Origin: the human T2T-CHM13v2.0 reference genome, Homo sapiens | Length of the DNA: 64,000 nucleotides | NCBI GenBank assembly: GCA_009914755.4 | Contig: CP086569.2 | Span: 27,584,001-27,648,000, forward strand | Direction: 5' to 3' | Part shown: positions 54,301 to 64,000 of the stretch, piece by piece | Layout: each line of letters opens with the position of its first letter | Numbering within the stretch: position 1 is the stretch's first letter | The notes under the pieces: model-generated | The model's database searches: none | What the model saw: only the letters and a program-made list of their open reading frames with translations | Told to the model about the DNA's origin: nothing | Position numbers and translations under genes: made by a program

Positions 54301-54504
54301 TGGAGTGGAGTGTAGTGGATCGGAGTGGAGTGCCGTGGAGTGGACTAGAGTGGGGTGGAGTGGAGTGCATTGGAGTGGAATGGAGTGGAGTGGGGTGGAA
54401 TGGAATGGAATGGCATCAAATCGCATGGTAATGAATCAAATGGAATCAAATGGAATGAAATAATGGAATCGAAGGCAAACGAATGGAATCGAATTGCACT
54501 GATT
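51364..54504. repeat. HOR unit B7 (3,141 bp), beta
   Basis: ccgg at ~52185. Long run at ~53596. Confidence 0.85.
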
Positions 54505-57500
54505 CTACTGACTTCGAAGAAAATGAAATGAAATGCGGTGAAGTGGAGTGGAGTGGAATGTATTAGGGTGGAATGGAATTGAATGGTGTGGAGTGGAGTG
54601 GAGTGCCCAGGAGTGGAATGGGAAGAAATGGAATTGAACGGAGTGGAGTGGAGTGGAATGGAGGGTAATGGAGTGGAATGGAGTGGAGTGGAGTAGAGTG
54701 GAATGGGTTGGAGTGGAATGCAGAGGACAGGAGTGGAGTGTGGTGGACTGGAGTGGAGTGGAGTTGAGTGGAGTGGATTGGATTGAAATAGAGCGGAGCA
54801 GAGTGGAATGGAATTGAATCACATGGTACTGAATCAAATCGAATGGAATTAAATCGAATGAAAAAACGGAATCAAAAGCAAACGAATGGAGTCAAACCAC
54901 ATTGGTTAGACTGACATCGAATAATATCAAAAGAAATGTGGTGAAGTGGAGTGGAGTGTAATGAAATGGGGTGGAATGAAATTGAATGGAGTGGAGTGGA
55001 GTGGAGTCTACTGGAGTGGAATGGAATGGAATGGAAAGGAATGGAATAGAATGGAGTGAAGTGCAGTGCAGTGAAATGGAGTGGAAAGGAATGGAATGGA
55101 AAGAATTGAATCAAATGGAATCGAAGTGAATCGAATCTAATGAAATTGAACGCAAAAAATGGAATGAGTAGAATCGAAAAAGATGGATTCAAATGGCAAC
55201 AAATAAAATTGAATGGAATGCGGTGAGGTGGAGGGGATTGGAATGGAGTTGAATGGAATGGGGTGTAATTGAATTGAATGGAGTGTAGTGGAGTGAACTG
55301 GAGTGGAATGGAATGGAATGGGCAGGCATGGAATTGAAAGGCGTGGAGTGGAGTGGAATTGAGAGGAGTGGAATGGAGTAGGGAGGATTGTGGTGGAGAA
55401 TATTGGAAAAGAGTGGAGTGGAATGGAATGGAATGGAGTGGAGTGGAATGGAATGGAAAGGAATTGAGTGAAGTGGAGTGTAGTGGAATGGAGAGTAATG
55501 GAGTGGAGTGGACTGGAGTGGAGTAGATTGCAGTGCATTGGACTGTAGGGGATAGAAGTGGCTTGGAGTCCATAGGAGTGGAGTGGAATGGAATGGAATG
55601 GAGTGGAATGGACTGGAACGGAATGGAATGGAATGGATTTAAATGGCAGGGAATCAAATCGAATTGAATCATATTGAATCAAGTCGAATCGAGTGGAGGA
55701 AAGAAATCGAATGAAATCGAATGGAATGAATTGAATGGAGTCGAATATCAACCATGGAATCGAAAGTAATGTGGTAAAGTGGAGTGGAGTGTTATGGAGT
55801 GGAATGGAATGGGGTGACATGGAATTGAATACAGTGGAGAGGAGTGGAGTGGATTGGGCTAGAGTGGAACGGAAAGGGAAGGAATGGAACTGAATGGAGT
55901 GGAGTGGAATGGAGTAGAATGGAATGGAATGGAATGGAATGGAATGGAATGGAATGGAACGGAATGGAGTGGAATGGAATCGAATGACATGGAACTGAAT
56001 GAAACCGAATTGAATGAAATTGAATGGAGAAAATGGAATCAAATGGAATCAAATCGAACGGATTCGAATGTCATTGAATGGAATCGAAAGGAATGCAGTG
56101 AGGTGGGGTTGGGTGGAATGGAGTGGAATGGAATGGGATGAATGGAATTGAATGGAGTGGAGTGGAATGGAATGGAATGGAAAGGAATGGAATTGAACAA
56201 AATGGAGTGTAGTAGAATGGAGTGGATTGGAGTGGAGTGCAGGGGAGTGCAGTGGAATGAAGAGGAGTGTAGTTGAATGGAATGGGATGTATGGAATGTA
56301 CTGGAATAGAATGGATAAGAATGGAATGGAATGGAATCGCATGGAATTGAATAGAATCAAATCGAATTGAATAGAATCTAATGGAAAAAATGGAGTCAAA
56401 TGGAATCGAATGGCATAGAATCGAACGGTTTTGAATGTCAGTGAATGGAAACGAATGGAATGCGATGAAGTGGAGCGCAGTGGAGTGGAAAGGAGTGCAA
56501 TGGAATAGGGTGGAACTGAATTTAATGGAACAGAGTGGATTGGAGTGGACTGGAGTGGAATGGAATGGGAAGGAATGGGATTGAAAGGAGTGGCGTGCAG
56601 TGGAGTGGAGTGGCATGGAGTGGAGTGGAGTGGAATGGAGTGGAATGGAATGGAGTGGAATGGAGTGGATTGGAATGGAATGGAGTGCAGAGGAATGAAA
56701 TGGAATGGTATAGAGTGGACAGGAATGGAGTGGAGCGGATTGGAATGGAATGGAATGGAACTGAATGGACTGGAATGGAATGGAATAGAATGGAATCACA
56801 GGGAATCAAATTGGATTGAATCGAATCGAATGGAAAAAATGAAATCAAATGAAATTGAATGGAATCGAAATGAATGTAAACAATGGAATCCAATGGAATC
56901 CAATGGAATCGAATCAAATGGTTTTGAATGGCGTAAAATGAGATCGCAAGGAAGGCAGTGAATTCTAGTGGAGTGGAATAGAGAGGAATGAATTGGAATG
57001 GAGTGGAGTGGAATGGAGTGGATTCCAGTGGAGTGGAGTGGATTGGATTTTAATGGAATGGAATAGACTGGATTGGAGTGGCGTAGAGTGCAGTGGATTG
57101 GAGTGGAGAGGAATGGAGTGGAGTGAAGTCGAGTTGAGTGTAATGGAATGGAGTGGAGCAGAGTGGAATGCAAAAGAATGAAGTGGATTGGTGTGGAATG
57201 GAATGGCGTGGAATGGAGTGGAATAGAATGGAATGGAATCGCATGGAAGGATATCAAATCAAATGGAATCGAAGGAAAATTATGAATCCAATGGAATCGA
57301 AAGCATTCCAAAGGAACGGATTCGAAAGGCATTTAATGGAATGGAAAGGTATGCAGTGAAGTGGAGTGGAGTGGAGTGGATTGTTTTAGAGTGAAATGGG
57401 GTGGATTGGAACACTATGTGGTGGAGTGGAGTGTAGTGGATCGGAGTGGAGTGCCGTGGAGTGGACTAGAGTGGGGTGGAGTGGAGTGCATTGGAGTGGA

Positions 57501-57625
57501 ATGGAGTGGAGTGGGGTGGAATGGAATGGAATGGCATCAAATCGCATGGTAATGAATCAAATGGAATCAAATGGAATGAAATAATGGAATAGAAGGCAAA
57601 CGAATGGAATCGAATTGCACTGTTT
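54505..57625. repeat. HOR unit B8 (3,121 bp), alpha
   Basis: cagg at ~55320. Short run at ~56731. Confidence 0.85.
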
Positions 57626-60600
57626 CTACTGACTTCGAAGAAAATGAAATGAAATGCGGTGAAGTGGAGTGGAGTGGAATGTATTAGGGTGGAATGGAAT
57701 TGAATGGTGTGGAGTGGAGTGGAGTGCCCAGGAGTGGAATGGGAAGAAATGGAATTGAACGGAGTGGAGTGGAGTGGAATGGAGGGTAATGGAGTGGAAT
57801 GGAGTGGAGTGGAGTAGATTGGAATGGGTTGGAGTGGAATGCAGAGGACAGGAGTGGAGTGTGGTGGACTGGAGTGGAGTGGAGTTGAGTGGAGTGGATT
57901 GGATTGAAATAGAGCGGAGCAGAGTGGAATGGAATTGAATCACATGGTACTGAATCAAATCGAATGGAATTAAATCGAATGAAAAAACGGAATCAAAAGC
58001 AAACGAATGGAGTCAAACCACATTGGTTAGACTGACATCGAATAATATCAAAAGAAATGTGGTGAAGTGGAGTGGAGTGTAATGAAATGGGGTGGAATGA
58101 AATTGAATGGAGTGGAGTGGAGTGGAGTCTACTGGAGTGGAATGGAATGGAATGGAAAGGAATGGAATAGAATGGAGTGAAGGGCAGTGCAGTGAAATGG
58201 AGTGGAAAGGAATGGAATGGAAAGAATTGAATCAAATGGAATCGAAGTGAATCGAATCTAATGAAATTGAACGCAAAAAATGGAATGAGTAGAATCGAAA
58301 AAGATGGATTCAAATGGCAACAAATAAAATTGAATGGAATGCGGTGAGGTGGAGGGGATTGGAATGGAGTTGAATGGAATGGGGTGTAATTGAATTGAAT
58401 GGAGTGGAGTGGAGTGAACTGGAGTGGAATGGAATGGAATGGGCCGGCATGGAATTGAAAGGCGTGGACTGGAGTGGAGTTGAGATGAGTGGAATGGAGT
58501 AGGGTGGATTGTGGTGGAGAATATTGGAAAAGAGTGGAGTGGAATGGAATGGAATGGAGTGGAGTGGAATGGAATGGAATGGAATTGAGTGAAGTGGAGT
58601 GTAGTGGAATGGGGAGTAATGGAGTGGAGTGGACTGGAGTGGAGTAGATTGCAGTGCATTGGACTGTAGGGGATAGAAGTGGCTTGGAGTCCATAGGAGT
58701 GGAGTGGAATGGAATGGAATGGAGTGGAATGGACTGGAACGGAATGGAATGGAATGGATTTAAATGGCAGGGAATCAAATCGAATTGAATCATATTGAAT
58801 CAAGTCGAATCGAGTGGAGGAAAGAAATCGAATGAAATCGAATGGAATGAATTGAATGGAGTCGAATATCAACCATGGAATCGAAAGTAATGTGGTAAAG
58901 TGGAGTGGAGTGTTATGGAGTGGAATGGAAGGGGGTGACATGGAATTGAATACAGTGGAGAGGAGTGGAGTGGATTGGGCTAGAGTGGAAAGGAAAGGGA
59001 AGGAATGAAACTGAATGGAGTGGAGTGGAATGGAGTGGAATGGAATGGAATGGAATGGAATGGAATGGAATGGAATGGAACGGAATGGAGTGGAATGGAA
59101 TCGAATCACATGGAACTGAATGAAACCGAATTGAATGAAATTGAATGGAGAAAATGGAATCAAATGGAATCAAATCGAACGGATTCGAATGTCATTGAAT
59201 GGAATCGAAAGGAATGCAGTGAGGTGGGGTTGAGTGGAATGGAGTGGAATGGAATGGGATGAATGGAATTGAATGGAGTGGAGTGGAATGGAATCATATG
59301 GAAAGGAATGGAATTGAACAAAATGGAGTGTAGTAGAATGGAGTGGATTGGAGTGGAGTGCAGGGGAGTGCAGTGGAATGAAGAGGAGTGTAGTTGAATG
59401 GAATGGAATGTATGGAATGTACTGGAATAGAATGGATAAGAATGGAATGGAATGGAATCGCATGGAATTGAATAGAATCAAATCGAATTGAATAGAATCA
59501 AATGGAAAAAATGGAGTCAAATGGAATCGAATGGCATAGAATCGAACGGTTTTGAATGTCAGTGAATGGAAACGAATGGAATGCGATGAAGTGGAGCGCA
59601 GTGGAGTGGAAAGGAGTGCAATGGAATAGGGTGGAACTGAATTTAATGGAACAGAGTGGATTGGAGTGGACTGGAGTGGAATGGAATGGGAAGGAATGGG
59701 ATTGAAAGGAGTGGCGTGCAGTGGAGTGGAGTGGCATGGAGTGGAGTGGAGTGGAATGGAGTGGAATGGAATGGAGTGGAATGGAGTGTATTGGAATGGA
59801 ATGGAGTGCAGAGGAATGGAATGGAATGGTATAGAGTGGACAGGATTGGAGTGGAGCGGATTGGAATGGAATGGAATGGAATGGAATGGAACTGAATGGA
59901 CTGGAATGGAATGGAATAGAATGGAATCACAGGGAATCAAATTGGATTGAATCGAATCGAATGGAAAAAATGAAATCAAATGAAATTGAATGGAATCGAA
60001 ATGAATGTAAACAATGGAATCCAATGGAATCCAATGGAATCGAATCAAATGGTTTTGAATGGCGTAAAATGAAATCGCAAGGAAGGCAGTGAATTGGAGT
60101 GGAGTGGAATAGAGAGGAATGAATTGGAATGGAGTGGAGTGGAATGGAGTGGATTCCAGTGGAGTGGAGTGGATTGGATTTTAATGGAATGGAATAGACT
60201 GGATTGGAGTGGTGTAGAGTGCAGTGGATTGGAGTGGAGAGGAATGGAGTGGAGTGAAGTCGAGTTGAGTGGAATGGAATGGAGTGGAGCAGAGTGGAAT
60301 GCAAAAGAATGAAGTGGATTGGTGTGGAATGGAATGGCGTGGAATGGAGTGGAATAGAATGGAATGGAATCGCATGGAAGGATATCAAATCAAATGGAAT
60401 CGAACGAAAATTATGAATCCAATGGAATCAAAAGGATTCCAAAGGAAAGGATTCGAAAGGCCTTTAATGGAATGGAAAGGTATACAGTGAAGTGGAGTGC
60501 AGTGGAGTGGATTGTTTTAGAGTGAAATGGGGTGGATTGGAACACTATGTGATGGAGTGGAGTGTAGTGGATCGGAGTGGAGTGCCGTGGAGTGGACTAG

Positions 60601-60756
60601 AGTGGGGTGGAGTGGAGTGCATTGGAGTGGAATGGAGTGGAGTGGGGTGGAATGGAATGGAATGGCATCAAATCGCATGGTAATGAATCAAATGGAATCA
60701 AATGGAATGAAATAATGGAATCGAAGGCAAACGAATGGAATCGAATTGCACTGATT
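57626..60756. repeat. HOR unit B9 (3,131 bp), beta
   Basis: ccgg at ~58440. Long run at ~59861. Shares the private 'ggaatcatatggaaagg' variant (~59288) with B5. Confidence 0.85.
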
Positions 60757-63700
60757 CTACTGACTTCGAAGAAAATGAAATGAAATGCGGTGAAGTGGAG
60801 TGGAGTGGAATGTATTAGGGTGGAATGGAATTGAATGGTGTGGAGTGGAGTGGAGTGCCCAGGAGTGGAATGGGAAGAAATGGAATTGAACGGAGTGGAG
60901 TGGAGTGGAATGGAGGGTAATGGAGTGGAATGGAGTGGAGTGGAGTAGAGTGGAATGGGTTGGAGTGGAATGCAGAGGACAGGAGTGGAGTGTGGTGGAC
61001 TGGAGTGGAGTGGAGTTGAGTGGAGTGGATTGGATTGAAATAGAGCGGAGCAGAGTGGAATGGAATTGAATCACATGGTACTGAATCAAATCGAATGGAA
61101 TTAAATCGAATGAAAAAACGGAATCAAAAGCAAACGAATGGAGTCAAACCACATTGGTTAGACTGACATCGAATAATATCAAAAGAAATGTGGTGAAGTG
61201 GAGTGGAGTGTAATGAAATGGGGTGGAATGAAATTGAATGGAGTGGAGTGGAGTGGAGTCTACTGGAGTGGAATGGAATGGAATGGAAAGGAATGGAATA
61301 GAATGGAGTGAAGGGCAGTGCAGTGAAATGGAGTGGAAAGGAATGGAATGGAAAGAATTGAATCAAATGGAATCGAAGTGAATCGAATCTAATGAAATTG
61401 AACGCAAAAAATGGAATGAGTAGAATCGAAAAAGATGGATTCAAATGGCAACAAATAAAATTGAATGGAATGCGGTGAGGTGGAGGGGATTGGAATGGAG
61501 TTGAATGGAATGGGGTGTAATTGAATTGAATGGAGTGGAGTGGAGTGAACTGGAGTGGAATGGAATGGAATGGGCAGGCATGGAATTGAAAGGCGTGGAG
61601 TGGAGTGGAATTGAGAGGAGTGGAATGGAGTAGGGTGGATTGTGGTGGAGAATATTGGAAAAGAGTGGAGTGGAATGGAATGGAATGGAGTGGAGTGGAA
61701 TGGAATGGAAAGGAATTGAGTGAAGTGGAGTGTAGTGGAATGGAGAGTAATGGAGTGGAGTGGACTGGAGTGGAGTAGATTGCAGTGCATTGGACTGTAG
61801 GGGATAGAAGTGGCTTGGAGTCCATAGGAGTGGAGTGGAATAGAATGGAATGGAGTGGAATGGACTGGAACGGAATGGAATGGAATGGATTTAAATGGCA
61901 GGGAATCAAATCGAATTGAATCATATTGAATCAAGTCGAATCGAGTGGAGGAAAGAAATCGAATGAAATCGAATGGAATGAATTGAATGGAGTCGAACAT
62001 CAACCATGGAATCGAAAGTAATGTGGTAAAGTGGAGTGGAGTGTTATGGAGTGGAATGGAAGGGGGTGACATGGAATTGAATACAATGGAGAGGAGTGGA
62101 GTGGATTGGGCTAGAGTGGAACGGAAAGGGAAGGAATGGAACTGAATGGAGTGGAGTGGAATGGAGCGGAATGGAATGGAATGGAATGGAATGGAATGGA
62201 ATGGAATGGAACGGAATGGAGTGGAATGGAATCGAATGACATGGAACTGAATGAAACCGAATTGAATGAAATTGAATGGAGAAAATGGAATCAAATGGAA
62301 TCAAATCGAACGGATTCGAATGTCATTGAATGGAATCGAAAGGAATGCAGTGAGGTGGGGTTGAGTGGAATGGAGTGGAATGGAATGGGATGAGTGGAAT
62401 TGAATGGAGTGGAGTGGAATGGAATGGAATGGAAAGGAATGGAATTGAACAAAATGGAGTGTAATAGAATGGAGTGGATTGGAGTGGAGTGCAGGGGAGT
62501 GCAGTGGAATGAAGAGGAGTGTAGTTGAATGGAATGGGATGTATGGAATGTACTGGAATAGAATGGATAAGAATGGAATGGAATGGAATCGCATGGAATT
62601 GAATAGAATCAAATCGAATTGAATAGAATCTAATGGAAAAAATGGAGTCAAATGGAATCGAATGGCATAGAATCGAACGGTTTTGAATGGCAGTGAAGGG
62701 AAACGAATGGAATGCGATGAAGTGGAGCGCAGTGGAGTGGAAAGGAGTGCAATGGAATAGGGTGGAACTGAATTTAATGGAACAGAGTGGATTGGAGTGG
62801 ACTGGAGTGGAATGGAATGGGAAGGAATGGGATTGAAAGGAGTGGCGTGCAGTGGAGTGGAGTGGCATGGAGTGGAGTGGAGTGGAATGGAGTGGAATGG
62901 AATGGAGTGGAATGGAGTGGATTGGAATGGAATGGAGTGCAGAGGAATGGAATGGAATGGTATAGAGTGGACAGGAATGGAGTGGAGCGGATTGGAATGG
63001 AATGGAATGGAACTGAATGGACTGGAATGGAATGGAATAGAATGGAATCACAGGGAATCAAATTGGATTGAATCGAATCGAATGGAAAAAATGAAATCAA
63101 ATGAAATTGAATGGAATCGAAATGAATGTAAACAATGGAATCCAATGGAATCCAATGGAATCGAATCAAATGGTTTTGAATGGCGTAAAATGAGATCGCA
63201 AGGAAGGCAGTGAATTGGAGTGGAGTGGAATAGAGAGGAATGAATTGGAATGGAGTGGAGTGGAATGGAGTGGATTCCAGTGGAGTGGAGTGGATTGGAT
63301 TTTAATGGAATGGAATAGACTGGATTGGAGTGGTGTAGAGTGCAGTGGATTGGAGTGGAGAGGAATGGAGTGGAGTGAAGTCGAGTTGAGTGGAATGGAA
63401 TGGAGTGGAGCAGAGTGGAATGCAAAAGAATGAAGTGGATTGGTGTGGAATGGAATGGCGTGGAATGGAGTGGAATAGAATGGAATGGAATCGCATGGAA
63501 GGATATCAAATCAAATGGAATCGAAGGAAAATTATGAATCCAATGGAATCGAAAAGATTCCAAAGGAACGGATTCGAAAGGCCTTTAATGGAATGGAAAG
63601 GTATGCAGTGAAGTGGAGTGGAGTGGAGTGGATTGTTTTAGAGTGAAATGGGGTGGATTGGAACACTATGTGGTGGAGTGGAGTGTAGTGGATCGGAGTG

Positions 63701-63887
63701 GAGTGCCGTGGAGTGGACTAGAGTGGGGTGGAGTGGAGTGCATTGGAGTGGAATGGAGTGGAGTGGGGTGGAATGGAATGGAATGGCATCAAATCGCATG
63801 GTAATGAATCAAATGGAATCAAATGGAATGAAATAATGGAATCGAAGGCAAACGAATGGAATCGAATTGCACTGATTCTACTGACTT
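60757..63887. repeat. HOR unit B10 (3,131 bp), alpha
   Basis: cagg at ~61572. Short run at ~62991. Shares the private 'gaatagaatggaatggagtgg' variant (~61841) with B6. Confidence 0.85.
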
Positions 63888-64000
63888 CGAAGAAAATGAA
63901 ATGAAATGCGGTGAAGTGGAGTGGAGTGGAATGTATTAGGGTGGAATGGAATTGAATGGTGTGGAGTGGAGTGGAGTGCCCAGGAGTGGAATGGGAAGAA
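63888..64000. repeat. Start of next B unit (partial, truncated by window end)
   Basis: The landmark 'gcactgattctactgacttcgaagaaaatgaaatgaaatgcgg' restarts at ~63879. Confidence 0.7.

Larger units (their letters stand above)
1..64000. repeat. Classical (GGAAT)n pentameric satellite, HSat3-type human/hominid pericentromeric satellite III; the GGAAT-rich strand is the + strand
   Basis: Every stretch of the window is ggaat/ggagt/gaatc/ggaac pentamer variants. The + strand has almost no C, and the - strand reads ATTCC. There is no 171-bp alpha-satellite periodicity and no interruption longer than ~60 bp by non-pentamer sequence. The six-frame ORF translations are low-complexity WNGMEWSGVE (+) and IPFHSTPLHS (-), as expected from GGAAT/ATTCC. 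Confidence 0.85.
32461..64000. repeat. HOR array B: ~10 tandem copies of a ~3,131-bp higher-order repeat (3,121 to 3,141; one 2,699-bp deleted unit); homologous to but diverged from array A
   Basis: A landmark ORF recurs at 33010, 36141, 39282, 41981, 45112, 48243, 51364, 54505, 57626 and 60757. Many landmarks are shared with array A, for example 'ttgcactgattctactgacttcga[ga]gaaaatgaaatgaaatgcgg' and 'gagtcaaacc[tc]cattggtta[ag]actgacatcgaa', but with consistent point differences and ~258 bp of extra length. Confidence 0.92.

Noticed and set aside
1-64000. Hundreds of ORFs on both strands (up to 595 aa, e.g. 30841 to 32628 on the minus strand) in the supplied six-frame track
   Set aside because: They translate to low-complexity WNGMEWSGVE.../IPFHSTPLHS... 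strings, which are exactly what GGAATGGAATGG / ATTCCATTCC encode in all frames. Neither pentamer nor its common variants contains a stop codon in any frame, and GGAATGG supplies in-frame ATGs. ORFs overlap on both strands and in multiple frames, and their lengths vary only with where a point variant creates a stop. There is no codon-usage or domain signal, so none is called as CDS.
1-64000. CRISPR array or a novel prokaryotic defence or mobile system
   Set aside because: The regular repetition is a kb-scale tandem HOR of pentamers, not 25 to 40-bp direct repeats separated by unique spacers. There is no flanking cas-like or other coding sequence. The composition is eukaryotic satellite DNA.
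1-64000. Alpha satellite / CENP-B box-containing centromeric repeat
   Set aside because: No 171-bp periodicity, and no match to the CENP-B box (TTCG....A..CGGG). The base unit is 5 bp (GGAAT).

Overview
The entire 64-kb window is one uninterrupted tandem satellite built from the pentamer GGAAT (ATTCC on the opposite strand) and its degenerate variants (GGAGT, GAATC, GGAAC and others). This is the signature of human/hominid classical satellite III (HSat3-type, pericentromeric). It is not a prokaryotic or gene-bearing locus. I can support no protein-coding genes, RNA genes, CRISPR arrays or transposon insertions. The supplied ORFs are stop-codon-free artefacts of the pentamer.

The pentamers are organised into two related higher-order-repeat (HOR) arrays:
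- Array A, positions 1 to about 32,460: 11.3 copies of a ~2,873-bp unit, ranging 2,853 to 2,898 bp.
- Array B, about 32,461 to 64,000: ~10 copies of a ~3,131-bp unit, ranging 3,121 to 3,141 bp.

The A-to-B switch is in register at the same homologous position, within a 15-bp stretch of identity. The last A unit carries several B-like variants.

Array B alternates two diagnostic sub-types, alpha and beta, giving a ~6.26-kb dimeric super-repeat. There are hints of a ~12.5-kb period on top of that. One B unit (39,282 to 41,980, 2,699 bp) is an alpha-head/beta-tail hybrid with a ~432-bp internal deletion. In array A, units A7 to A10 form a recently homogenised sub-family. A pure (GGAAT)n tract behaves like a microsatellite nested in the HOR, varying from 4 to 9 copies between units.

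No novel protein-based system is present. The interest here is structural and evolutionary: HOR boundary, nested periodicities, deletion/hybrid unit, and homogenisation tracts.
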